A stretch of DNA of 64,000 nucleotides from Spirochaetales bacterium (GTDB taxonomy: Bacteria > Spirochaetota > Spirochaetia > JABEVK01). The stretch covers positions 28,545 through 92,544 of the forward strand of contig JBAXAI010000014.1 in the NCBI GenBank assembly GCA_037142615.1, read 5' to 3'. Positions 38,034 through 47,109 of the stretch are shown piece by piece. The position numbers and the translations under genes are program-made. Below the pieces are notes generated by a model, which saw nothing but the letters and a program-made list of their open reading frames with translations, was not told the DNA's origin and did no database searches. Each line of letters begins with the position of its first letter. The first letter of the stretch is position 1.

Positions 38034-38753
38034 ATGGATGGTTCTCGGCGACTGCGGATCTTCGCGGGACCCAACGGCTCAGGCAAGTCCACGCTCTATC
38101 GTGCGCTCCTTGAGGACAGACAGTTCTCCCCGCTTCCCTACATAAACGCCGACGAATTTGGCAAACAGCTAAACGACGGCCGTGAAGTTGTCTTCCCGCA
38201 GATTGATTGGCAAGACGTCAAGTCCCGATTGCAACTGAGCCCATTTTTCGCGAAAGGCTTGAGCATCAGCCAAATCGAAGCCCTCGTCATCGTGGACCAT
38301 GGAGTTCGGCTGCCCCAAGGGACCAAGTGTTCGCCCTACTTGGCGGCCAGTCTCGCCGAGCATTTGCGCTCTGCCTTCGTGTCGACTGGGAAGTCCTTTG
38401 CTTTTGAAACGGTTATGTCGCATCCCTCGAAGATTGAGTTCCTGAAGTCAGCAAGAAGGTCCGGATACCGGATCTACCTGTACTTTTCTACGCCGGGAGA
38501 CCCTTTCCTCTGTGAAGCCCGAGTCCAGCTTCGTGTTGCCCAAGGCGAGCACGACGTCCCCTCAGAGACAATCCACAGTCGGTACCCGAAGGTCATGGGA
38601 CTCCTGCCCCAGGCCGTCGAGCATTCTGATCGGGCCTTCCTCTTTGACAGCAGCGGAGCCGAAACTGTGTTGGTTGCCGAAGGTGAGTTTGGTCAGCTTA
38701 CAAAGAAGTTTCGGTCGACTACCTGGCTTACCGAACACTTCCCCGGGCTCTAG
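38034..38753 (+). CDS. Zeta-toxin-like P-loop kinase
   Basis: FAGPNGSGKST, INADE, SFAFETVMS, RV..RVAQGEHDVP. Confidence 0.85.
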   Translation: MDGSRRLRIFAGPNGSGKSTLYRALLEDRQFSPLPYINADEFGKQLNDGREVVFPQIDWQDVKSRLQLSPFFAKGLSISQIEALVIVDHGVRLPQGTKCSPYLAASLAEHLRSAFVSTGKSFAFETVMSHPSKIEFLKSARRSGYRIYLYFSTPGDPFLCEARVQLRVAQGEHDVPSETIHSRYPKVMGLLPQAVEHSDRAFLFDSSGAETVLVAEGEFGQLTKKFRSTTWLTEHFPGL

Positions 38754-38780
38754 TCCTCAGACCTTGTTGCTCCTTCGCCC

Positions 38781-39356
38781 CTACAGTTCCTCAGTCTTGA
38801 ACTGGCTGTACCCTTCGTAGTAGTAGCTCACGTCGATTCCCTTCATGACGATGGCCCGGTCATCAACCAGGTCAGTCAGGGCTTTGCTCAGCAGGGCTTT
38901 GATTTCGAGGTCCTTGACCACGCTGCGTTGCATGGCCGATAGATATTCCTCTTTGTCGACCAAGTTCCAATCCACCACCTTGTGAATGCCCTTCTTGAAG
39001 ATCAAGTCCAGCCAGAGGCGAGTCGCCCGGCCATTGCCTTCGCGGAAGGGGTGGGCGATGTTCATCTCGATGTTCATCTCGACGATTTCGTCATAGGTGT
39101 TCTGCGGCATGGCGTCGATCATCCCGAGCGACGCTTCGAGGTACATCAGCGGGGCGAAGCGAAAGTTCCCCTTCGCGATGGTTACGTCCCGAAGCTTACC
39201 CGCAAAGCCATAGAGTTCCCCGAAGAGGCAGGCATGGATGAAGGCCAAGCCACGAAAGGTTCCGACCTCAGCCTTGGCAATGTCACCCGTGTCAAACAGT
39301 TGTCGGGCTTTCTGTTTGCTGATCTTTTCCTCGCTCAGCTTGCTGTCGAGAACCAT
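38781..39356 (-). CDS. fic: Fic family adenylyltransferase (class III, C-terminal inhibitory motif)
   Basis: HPFREGNGRATR; SYYYEG; KGNFRFAP. Confidence 0.88.
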   Translation of the reverse strand: MVLDSKLSEEKISKQKARQLFDTGDIAKAEVGTFRGLAFIHACLFGELYGFAGKLRDVTIAKGNFRFAPLMYLEASLGMIDAMPQNTYDEIVEMNIEMNIAHPFREGNGRATRLWLDLIFKKGIHKVVDWNLVDKEEYLSAMQRSVVKDLEIKALLSKALTDLVDDRAIVMKGIDVSYYYEGYSQFKTEEL

Positions 39357-39404
39357 ACACTAGCTTACTACAGAACCGGGGGTTACCAAAGTCCGACTCC
39401 CCCC

Positions 39405-39436
39405 AAAACAAACGGCCCACCAAGCGGTGGGCCGTT
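39405..39436 (-). terminator. Intrinsic terminator downstream of PFOR
   Basis: aacggcccacc-aagc-ggtgggccgtt hairpin followed by TGTTTT on the minus strand. Confidence 0.75.
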
Positions 39437-39452
39437 CTCATTCCATAAAACT

Positions 39453-39575
39453 GCAGGCGACGGAGATCGGTCTTGCGCTAGTGAGCAGCCAACCGGAAGC
39501 CCGGAGCGTACGAGTGTACGTGAGGACTTCCGGCGCCAGCTGCGATCGACGCGCGGGACCGAGATCCTAGCCTGC
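39453..39575. repeat. ~123 bp long-hairpin MITE/REP-like element
   Basis: Nested inverted arms gcaggc/gcctgc, tcggtcttgcgc/gcgcgggaccga, gcagc/gctgc, ccggaag/cttccgg, cgtac-gagt-gtacg. Confidence 0.7.
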
Positions 39576-42500
39576 TACTTCGCCGCGTCGGCCCAGCTGG
39601 CCAGCCGCTTGTACCCATTATACCGCCACTTCGCGTTGGTCTCGGCTGCCGCGAACAGGCTGTCGGCCGCGTCGGGGTTTTCCTTTTTGAGCGAGGTGTA
39701 GCGCACTTCGTTCATCAGGAAGGGCTGGAACAGCGACCAGTCGGGTTCCTTGCTGTCGAGCTGGAAGGGGTTCTTGCCTTCGGCCTCGAGGCGGGGGTCG
39801 AAGCGCCACAGGTGCCAGTACCCACACTTCACGGCGGCTTCGGCTTCAGCCTGCGTCTTGCCCATGCCGTTCTTGAGGCCGTGGTTGATACAGGGGCTGT
39901 AGGCAATCACGATCGACGGTCCCGGGTAGCTCTCGGCCTCGCGCAGCGCCTTGAAGAACTGCGCGTTGCTGCTGCCCATAGCCACCTGGGCCACGTACAC
40001 GTAACCGTAGGTAGTAGCCATCAAGCCGAGGTCCTTCTTGCGGATGGTCTTGCCTTGGGCAGCGAACTTGGCGATGGCGCCGACGGGGGTCGACTTGCTG
40101 GCCTGACCGCCGGTGTTACTGTACACTTCGGTGTCCATCACCAGGATGTTGATGTCCTCACCCGACGCGATCACGTGGTCGAGGCCACCGTAACCGATGT
40201 CGTACGCCCAACCGTCGCCACCGAAAATCCACTGGCTGGTTTTGACGAAGTACTGCTTGAGCGCCATCAGGTCGGTGGCCCACTTGTCTTTGAGTCCGGT
40301 GAGGGCCTTTTCGAGGTCGGTGCTCACCTGGCGGGTGGTTTCGCCGTTGGCCTTGTTGGCCACCCAGACGTCCATCGCGGCAAGGGCGGCACCGCTGGCT
40401 CCGGAGGCCTTGGCCTCGGCGATCAGTTTGCTGACGCGGTCGCGCATCTGGTTGTAGCCCAGCAGCATTCCCATGCCGTATTCGGCGTTGTCCTCAAACA
40501 GGCTGTTGGCCCAGGCGGGGCCTTGGCCAGCGGGGTTGGTGGTGTAGGGGGTACTCGGGCAGCTGCCGCCGTAGATCGATGAACAACCCGTGGCGTTCGA
40601 GATCATCATGCGGTCGCCGTACAGCTGGGTGATCAGCTTGATGTAAGGAGTCTCACCGCAACCGGCGCAAGCTCCGGAGTACTCAAACAACGGCTTGGCG
40701 AACTGGCTGTTCTTGACGTTGTTCTTGCCGGTCAGGTTGTCTTTGTAGCTGACGCTCTTCAGCGCGTAGTTCCAGTTTTCCATCTGGGGCATCTGGCTGG
40801 CCAGGGGCTTCATGATGAGGGCCTGAGCGCCCTTTTTGCCGGGGCAAACGTCGGCGCAGTTGCCGCAACCGGTACAGTCGTACGGGCTGATCTGGATGCG
40901 GAACCCGTGGTCTTCCAAGCCCTTGCCGATGGCCTTGAGCGTGCTGAAGTCCTTGGGAGCCTTGGCGGCTTCGTCGGCGTTCACCAGGAAGGGGCGGATG
41001 ACGGCGTGGGGGCAAACGTAGGCGCACTGGTTACACTGAATACACGCGTCGGCCTGCCATTCGGGCACGTTGACCGCGATGCCGCGCTTTTCGTAACTGG
41101 CAGTGCTCTGGGGGAAGGTGCCGTCGGCGCGGTCGGCGAAGGCGCTCACCGGCAGGTCGTCACCCTTTTGGCCGTTGATCACGTCGACCACCTCGGTGAT
41201 GAACTTCGGCGCGTTCTTGCTACCGGCGATCACGGCGGTGGCGCTGAGCTTGGCCCATTCGGCGGGAATCTCGACCTTGACCAAGGCTCCGACGCCCTTG
41301 TCGATGGCGGCGAAGTTGGCGTTGACGACGTCTTCACCCTTCTTGCCGTAGCTCTTGACCACCGCGTCCTTCATGAACTTCACGGCCTGGTCGTAAGGAA
41401 TGACGTTGCTCAACTTGAAGAACGCCGACTGCAGAATGGTGTTGGTGCGGCCCGACATGCCCAGTTCCTCGGCGATGTCGGTGGCGTTGAGGATGTAGAA
41501 CTGCACGTTGTTCTGGGCCAGTTGAGCCTTCACGTAATCGGGCAGGTGTTTCTTGGTCTCGTCGGCGCTCCACAGGCTGTTGAGCAGGAAGGTCCCGCCC
41601 TTCTTGATTCCCTTGAGCATGTCGTACTTGTCGAGGTAGCTGGGCTGCGAGCAGCTGATGAAGTCGGCCGCGCTGACCAGATAGGGGCTGCGGATGGGGT
41701 TCTTGCCAAAGCGGAGGTGGCTCACCGAGAAGCCGCCCGACTTTTTCGAGTCGTAGGCAAAGTACGCCTGGGCGTACAGGTCGGTGTTGTCGCCGATGAT
41801 CTTGATGCTGTTCTTGTTGGCACCGACGGTACCGTCAGCACCCAGACCGAAGAACTTGCACTCGATGGTACCGGCTGGGACGACCGACACTTCGGTCTTG
41901 GGCAAGGGCAGCGAGTGGAACGTCACGTCGTCGACGATGCCGATGGTGAACTGGTCCTTGGGTTCCTTGGTGGCGAGGTTGTCGTACACGCTGATGATCT
42001 GGTCGGGCGTGGTGTCCTTGGAGCCCAGTCCATAGCGGCCACCGATGACCAGCGGGGCATCCTTGCGACCGTACAGCACGGCCTTGATGTCGAGGTACAG
42101 CGGTTCACCGTAGGCGCCGGGTTCTTTGGTGCGGTCGAGCACGCAGATGCGCTTGACGCTGGCGGGCAGCACCTTGAGGAAGTGCTTGGCGCTGAAAGGG
42201 CGGTACAGGTGCACGATGATGGCGCCGACTTTGCCGCCCTTGGCATTGAGGTAGTCGATGGTTTCGCGGATGGTTTCGGTGGCCGAGCCCATGGCGATGA
42301 TGATGTTTTCGGCGTTGGGGGCCCCGTAGTACACGAAGGGCTTGTAGGTGCGGCCGACGAGCTTGCTCATCTGGTCCATGTAGCCTTCGACCACGTCGGG
42401 AATCGCGTCGTAGTAGGGGTTACTGGCTTCGCGGGCCTGGAAGAACACATCGGGGTTCTGGGCGGTGCCTCGGGTCACAGGCTTGTTGGGGTTGAGCGCG

Positions 42501-43117
42501 TCGTCGCGGAAGCGCTTCAGGGCCTTTTGGTCGACCAGCGGGGCCAATTCGTCGTACTCGACCACTTCGACTTTCTGGATCTCGTGGCTGGTGCGGAACC
42601 CGTCGAAAAAGTGCACAAACGGCACGCGGGTCTTGATGGTCGCCAGGTGGGCGACGGCGGCGAGGTCCATCACTTCCTGAACCGAACCGGTGGCGAGCAT
42701 GGCGAACCCCGTCTGGCGGGTGGCGTAAATGTCGCTGTGGTCGCCGAAGATGCTCAGCGCGTGGCTGGCAACGGCGCGGGCCGACACGTGGATGACGCAC
42801 GGCAACAGCTCGCCGGCGATCTTGTACATGTTGGGGATCATGAGCAGCAGGCCTTGGCTGGCGGTGTAGGTGGTGGTCAGCGCTCCAGCCTGCAACGAGC
42901 CGTGCACGGCCCCGGCGGCACCCGCTTCCGACTGCATTTCGACCAGACGGACGGTTTCGCCAAACAGGTTCTTGTGGCCCTTGGCGGCCATTTGGTCGGT
43001 GTTTTCGGCCATGTCGGACGACGGGGTGATCGGGTAGATGGCGGCCACTTCGGTAAAGGCGTACGAAATGTGCGCGGCGGCCATGTTGCCGTCCATCGTT
43101 TTCTTCTTGCGTGCCAT
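39575..43117 (-). CDS. nifJ: Pyruvate:ferredoxin (flavodoxin) oxidoreductase
   Basis: YPITPS, EMQSEAGA, two CxxCxxCxxxCP, ACAGCGET, GGDGWAYDIG. Confidence 0.97.
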   Translation of the reverse strand: MARKKKTMDGNMAAAHISYAFTEVAAIYPITPSSDMAENTDQMAAKGHKNLFGETVRLVEMQSEAGAAGAVHGSLQAGALTTTYTASQGLLLMIPNMYKIAGELLPCVIHVSARAVASHALSIFGDHSDIYATRQTGFAMLATGSVQEVMDLAAVAHLATIKTRVPFVHFFDGFRTSHEIQKVEVVEYDELAPLVDQKALKRFRDDALNPNKPVTRGTAQNPDVFFQAREASNPYYDAIPDVVEGYMDQMSKLVGRTYKPFVYYGAPNAENIIIAMGSATETIRETIDYLNAKGGKVGAIIVHLYRPFSAKHFLKVLPASVKRICVLDRTKEPGAYGEPLYLDIKAVLYGRKDAPLVIGGRYGLGSKDTTPDQIISVYDNLATKEPKDQFTIGIVDDVTFHSLPLPKTEVSVVPAGTIECKFFGLGADGTVGANKNSIKIIGDNTDLYAQAYFAYDSKKSGGFSVSHLRFGKNPIRSPYLVSAADFISCSQPSYLDKYDMLKGIKKGGTFLLNSLWSADETKKHLPDYVKAQLAQNNVQFYILNATDIAEELGMSGRTNTILQSAFFKLSNVIPYDQAVKFMKDAVVKSYGKKGEDVVNANFAAIDKGVGALVKVEIPAEWAKLSATAVIAGSKNAPKFITEVVDVINGQKGDDLPVSAFADRADGTFPQSTASYEKRGIAVNVPEWQADACIQCNQCAYVCPHAVIRPFLVNADEAAKAPKDFSTLKAIGKGLEDHGFRIQISPYDCTGCGNCADVCPGKKGAQALIMKPLASQMPQMENWNYALKSVSYKDNLTGKNNVKNSQFAKPLFEYSGACAGCGETPYIKLITQLYGDRMMISNATGCSSIYGGSCPSTPYTTNPAGQGPAWANSLFEDNAEYGMGMLLGYNQMRDRVSKLIAEAKASGASGAALAAMDVWVANKANGETTRQVSTDLEKALTGLKDKWATDLMALKQYFVKTSQWIFGGDGWAYDIGYGGLDHVIASGEDINILVMDTEVYSNTGGQASKSTPVGAIAKFAAQGKTIRKKDLGLMATTYGYVYVAQVAMGSSNAQFFKALREAESYPGPSIVIAYSPCINHGLKNGMGKTQAEAEAAVKCGYWHLWRFDPRLEAEGKNPFQLDSKEPDWSLFQPFLMNEVRYTSLKKENPDAADSLFAAAETNAKWRYNGYKRLASWADAAK

Positions 43118-43216
43118 GTAAAACTCCTTCGATGTGTTACTTCATATTAACACCGAGGAAGACTGCAATGCAAGAGTTTTGAAGAAATAATGTGAACGTT
43201 GGCGCAATAAAATCGG

Positions 43217-44587
43217 TCAGACCCACTTGAACTCGGCGGTGAAGTGCCTCAGGTACTTGGCCTGCTTGGTGAACTTCACGCCGCGCACCAGCTTGGCATT
43301 GGCCTTCACCTCGGCGATGGCCTCGGCCGCATAGTCGAAGTGACTTTGCGTGTACATGCGCCTTGGGAAGGCCAGCCGGACGAGCTCCATGCTGTGGAAG
43401 GTCTCGCTGCCGTCTTCGAAGTGCTTGCCGAACATCACCGAGCCGACTTCCACGCCGCGGATGCCGCCTTCGAGGTAGAGCGCGTTGCACAGCGCCCACG
43501 CGGGGTAGTGTTCCAGCGGCATGCCCGGAAGCACCGTTTTGGCGTCGATGTAGACGGCGTGGCCGCCGGTGGGTTTCACGAAGCCGATGCCCACCGCCTC
43601 GAGCTTTTCGCCCAGGTACTCGGCGGTGCGAAGCCGGTAGCGCAGGTAGTCCTCGTCCATGCCTTCGATCAGGCCAACGGCGAGGGCCTCGAGGTCGCGG
43701 CCGGCCAAGCCACCGTAGGTAGGGAATCCCTCGGTGAGGATGAGCATTTCGCGCACCTCGTCGAGCCAGCGGTCGTCGCGCAGCACGATGAACCCGCCGA
43801 TGTTGACCATGCCGTCTTTTTTGGCGCTCATGGTGGCCCCGTCGGCGTAGCCAAACATCTCTACGCAGATTTCGCGGATGGTTTTGGCCTCGTAGCCCGG
43901 CTCGCGCATTTTGATGAACATGGCGTTCTCGGCAAACCTGCACACGTCGAGAATCAGCGGCTTGCCGTGCTTTTTCAGCAGGCGGGAGTACTCGCGGATG
44001 TTGGCCATCGACACAGGTTGGCCACCGCCGGTGTTGTTGGTGACGGTGATCATGCCGAACGGCACGCGCGAGGCGTCGGTTTTGAGCAGTGCCTCGACAC
44101 GCGCCAAGTCGATGTTGCCCTTGAACGGGTGGATGAGCGACGGTTGCAACCCCTCGGCAATCACCAGGTCAACGGCCTCGACGCCCAGAAACTCGAGGTT
44201 GGCGCGCGTGGTGTCGAAGTGGCAGTTGTTGGGTACCAGCTCGCCCTTTTTGCACACGGCGGTGAACAGCACTTTTTCGGCGGCGCGTCCCTGGTGGGTG
44301 GGAACAAAATGCGGCATGCCGGTAAGGTCCTGGAGCACCTTTTGCAGGCGGAAGAAGCTCGGGCTGCCGGCGTAGCTTTCGTCGCCGGTCATGATGGCGG
44401 CCCACTGCGCGCTGCTCATGGCTCCGGTGCCCGAGTCGGTGAGCCAGTCGAGCAGCACGTCTTCGGCACGCAACTTGAACACGTTGAGGTGCGCTTCGTC
44501 CAGGAACGTTTCGCGTTGCGGACGGGTGGTCATTCGGATCGGTTCCACACTTTTGATGCGGAAGGGTTCAATCATTGTCTTGTACAT
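43217..44587 (-). CDS. tnaA: Tryptophanase (PLP beta-eliminating lyase)
   Basis: EPFRIKSVE, LTDSGT, MSAKKD; LRHFTA and VEVG favour TnaA over tyrosine phenol-lyase (LRFFTA, MERG). Confidence 0.85.
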   Translation of the reverse strand: MYKTMIEPFRIKSVEPIRMTTRPQRETFLDEAHLNVFKLRAEDVLLDWLTDSGTGAMSSAQWAAIMTGDESYAGSPSFFRLQKVLQDLTGMPHFVPTHQGRAAEKVLFTAVCKKGELVPNNCHFDTTRANLEFLGVEAVDLVIAEGLQPSLIHPFKGNIDLARVEALLKTDASRVPFGMITVTNNTGGGQPVSMANIREYSRLLKKHGKPLILDVCRFAENAMFIKMREPGYEAKTIREICVEMFGYADGATMSAKKDGMVNIGGFIVLRDDRWLDEVREMLILTEGFPTYGGLAGRDLEALAVGLIEGMDEDYLRYRLRTAEYLGEKLEAVGIGFVKPTGGHAVYIDAKTVLPGMPLEHYPAWALCNALYLEGGIRGVEVGSVMFGKHFEDGSETFHSMELVRLAFPRRMYTQSHFDYAAEAIAEVKANAKLVRGVKFTKQAKYLRHFTAEFKWV

Positions 44588-44628
44588 GGAGGGCCTCAAT
44601 TCGAGCCTCGACTGGTAAACCCGAAAAG

Positions 44629-44985
44629 TCAAGTTGCCGGGGCGACCCTTTGTTCGAGCTCTTGGTACAGGCCGGCGATCACCCCGCAGAGGCTGGCCGA
44701 AAGCCGCTGGCCCGAAGCGCTGAGGCCGTACTCGACGCGGGGTGGCTTCTCGGCAAAGTCACGCCGGACGACCAGTCCCTGTTCCTCGAGAACCTGCAGG
44801 GTCTGCGACAGCATCTTTTCGCTGATGCCGCCGATGGAACGCCGCAACACGCCAAACCGAACGGGTTCGGTGGTGAGCCTCGACAGCGTGAGGATGCCCC
44901 AGCGGCTGAAGATGGCGTCAAAGGCGGCGCGCGAAGGGCAGTACGGGCTAAAGACATCAAAGGGGCGGGCGACTTCCATGAACAC
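44629..44985 (-). CDS. HxlR family winged-helix regulator
   Basis: CPSR, RFGVLRR..GISEKMLSQTL, PPRVEYGLS. Confidence 0.9.
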   Translation of the reverse strand: MFMEVARPFDVFSPYCPSRAAFDAIFSRWGILTLSRLTTEPVRFGVLRRSIGGISEKMLSQTLQVLEEQGLVVRRDFAEKPPRVEYGLSASGQRLSASLCGVIAGLYQELEQRVAPAT

Positions 44986-45072
44986 AAAATAGCACGGGTT
45001 GCTGCAAAAGTCACTTACGAATCTATTGCCCTAACGAAAAGTTAGTATTATGTTGCTTTCAGGAGATTCAAA

Positions 45073-45930
45073 ATGATTTACGCCGTTACTGGCTCCACCG
45101 GAGCTTTTGGCACCCTTGCGGTCCAACACCTTCTCAAACTCAAGGTCGCCCCTGCCTCCATCGTCGCGCTGGCCCGAACCGAGGCCAAGGCTGCCGCCCT
45201 GAAAGCGTTGGGCGTTCAGGTCCGCCTGGCCGATTACGAGGATCCGGCTTCGCTCAAGGCCGCCCTGAAGGGTGTCGACCGCTTGCTGCTGGTGTCGAGC
45301 AACGAAATGGGCAAGCGCTATCCGCAACACCAGGCCGTGATCGATGCCGCCAAGGCCACGGGCGTCAAGTTGCTGGCCTACACCAGCCTGGCCCAGGCCG
45401 ACACCTCGACCAACGCGCTCGCCCCCGACCACAAGGCGACCGAGGCGGCCCTCAAGGCCTCGGGCCTCGCTCACGTGGTACTTCGCAACAACTGGTACAC
45501 CGAGAACCACGGCGACGACCTCAAGGGTGCCGCTGCGGGTGGTGTGGTAGCCGGAGCCTACGGCCAGGGCATAATCGCCTCGGCGTCGCGGACCGACTTT
45601 GCCGAAGCGGCGGCCCGCGTGTTGATCGGTGAAGGCCACGCCGGAAAGGTGTACGAACTCACCGGCCCCAGCGCGTGGGACTTCGAAGAGTTTGCCCGCA
45701 CCGCCAGCGAAGTGCTGGGTCGTCCAGTGAAGTTTGTCAACCAGACGGTGGCGGAGCGCAAGGCGGCCCTGCTGTCGTACGGGCTTCCCGAAGGCGTGGC
45801 GGGTTTCGTGGTGGCGCTCGATCAGGGCATCGCGGCAGGAACCCTCGCCAAGACCTCGGGCGATCTGGCCAAGTTGCTCGGCAGGGCTCCTTTGAACCTG
45901 AAAGACGGCCTGAAGCTGCTCAAGTCCTGA
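45073..45930 (+). CDS. NAD(P)H:quinone oxidoreductase (QorB/NmrA-like SDR)
   Basis: VTGSTGAFG, LLLVSS, HKATE, LRNNWYTEN; divergent from HxlR. Confidence 0.88.
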   Translation: MIYAVTGSTGAFGTLAVQHLLKLKVAPASIVALARTEAKAAALKALGVQVRLADYEDPASLKAALKGVDRLLLVSSNEMGKRYPQHQAVIDAAKATGVKLLAYTSLAQADTSTNALAPDHKATEAALKASGLAHVVLRNNWYTENHGDDLKGAAAGGVVAGAYGQGIIASASRTDFAEAAARVLIGEGHAGKVYELTGPSAWDFEEFARTASEVLGRPVKFVNQTVAERKAALLSYGLPEGVAGFVVALDQGIAAGTLAKTSGDLAKLLGRAPLNLKDGLKLLKS

Positions 45931-45948
45931 GACGAAGGTCGGGGAGGG

Positions 45949-47109
45949 TTACAACTCCCCGCTTTCCAGACCCTGAAGGATCACGTCGGGCCACCAGTCC
46001 TTCAGGGCCCAGCGGTCAGCAAGGCGCACCACCACGGCGTTGTGCCGGGGGCTGATCACCATCACCTGGCCGTGATAGCCCAGCGCAAACACCGTGTCGG
46101 GCCCCGACGCTTCCCGACTTCCCCACCAATGGTAGGCGTAGAAGCCGCGACCTTGCGACAACCAGGGGCCCCACGCGAGTGTGTCGTAGCGGCGAAAGGC
46201 CTCTGCACCCTGCCAGGCGTCGGTGCGGCCGGTACTGAGGGCCAGCCAGGCGGCCGACACCAGTTGCTGGCCGTTCCAAACTCCGCCTTGCAACACCAAT
46301 TGGCCTACCCGGGCGACGTCGAGCGCGCTCAGGCACAGGCCCGATTCGGGCTTGGGAAAGCGGTGGCGGGCCGAATCGAGCACAAAATGTCCGGCGTCGG
46401 CTTGGCCCAAGGGCAACAGCAGCCTCTCGTGCACCCAGGCGGCCACCAGCGGCAGGTTGGGGTCGGCCGGCTTCCATCCGCCGGCTTTCAGGCCGCGCTC
46501 CAGCAGCAACCCCAACAAAAGGGTGTTGTAATCGTTGTAGTGAAAGTCTTGGCTCACCTTGTCGACCACGCGCGAGGCCAAAGCGGTGCGCCGGCCATCG
46601 GGGTGAAGGTAGGTTCGGCTCTGGTGGTTGAGGCCGGCCATGCCTTCATGAAACTCGAGGCCCGAATCCATGCGCAGCAATTGGCGCGGCGTGAGCTGGG
46701 CCCCGTGACGATCGACTGCGACTGGGGTTTCCAGCGGCGGGAACAGGCCTTCGTCGAGAGCGATGCCGATGGCCACGCTGAGCAGGGACTTGGTCAGCGA
46801 ATACAGGCGGCCAGGCTGGGAGGGCAGGATTCCCGGGGCCGTCCACTGCCGCGTGACCTCGCCACCGCGCACCACCACGAAGCTCTTGGTGGAGGTTTGC
46901 TCCAGCCGTGCTTGCCAGGTGGAACTCAGCGGGAGGCTTGTCTGGTCACCGCCGAAAGTTCGCTGGCCCAAAGCGCCGCTCGGCGCAAGATCCACCGCCG
47001 CGAACAGCTGGTACTCGCCAAACGCGCCAACCTTGCGCTGCGCCCGCGTGTACCCGAGCGCCCTCAAGAGGTAGGGCCCGCGCGCAAACAAGGGGACGCC
47101 CAGGCTCAA
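45949..47109 (-). CDS. Serine hydrolase (beta-lactamase family)
   Basis: SLTK, LLRMDSG, FHYND, YAYHWW, ALGYHGQ; TTG start overlapping upstream stop (inferred). Confidence 0.8.
   Translation of the reverse strand: MSLGVPLFARGPYLLRALGYTRAQRKVGAFGEYQLFAAVDLAPSGALGQRTFGGDQTSLPLSSTWQARLEQTSTKSFVVVRGGEVTRQWTAPGILPSQPGRLYSLTKSLLSVAIGIALDEGLFPPLETPVAVDRHGAQLTPRQLLRMDSGLEFHEGMAGLNHQSRTYLHPDGRRTALASRVVDKVSQDFHYNDYNTLLLGLLLERGLKAGGWKPADPNLPLVAAWVHERLLLPLGQADAGHFVLDSARHRFPKPESGLCLSALDVARVGQLVLQGGVWNGQQLVSAAWLALSTGRTDAWQGAEAFRRYDTLAWGPWLSQGRGFYAYHWWGSREASGPDTVFALGYHGQVMVISPRHNAVVVRLADRWALKDWWPDVILQGLESGEL

Noticed and set aside
43134-43153. Rex/CRP operator upstream of nifJ (GTGTTA-N8-TAACAC)
   Set aside because: The palindrome is real but its spacing does not match the N6 core; regulator cannot be assigned.
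40907-44992. Long plus-strand ORFs (747 aa, 582 aa) opposite nifJ and tnaA
   Set aside because: Antisense shadows expected from high-GC codon bias; no recognisable motifs.
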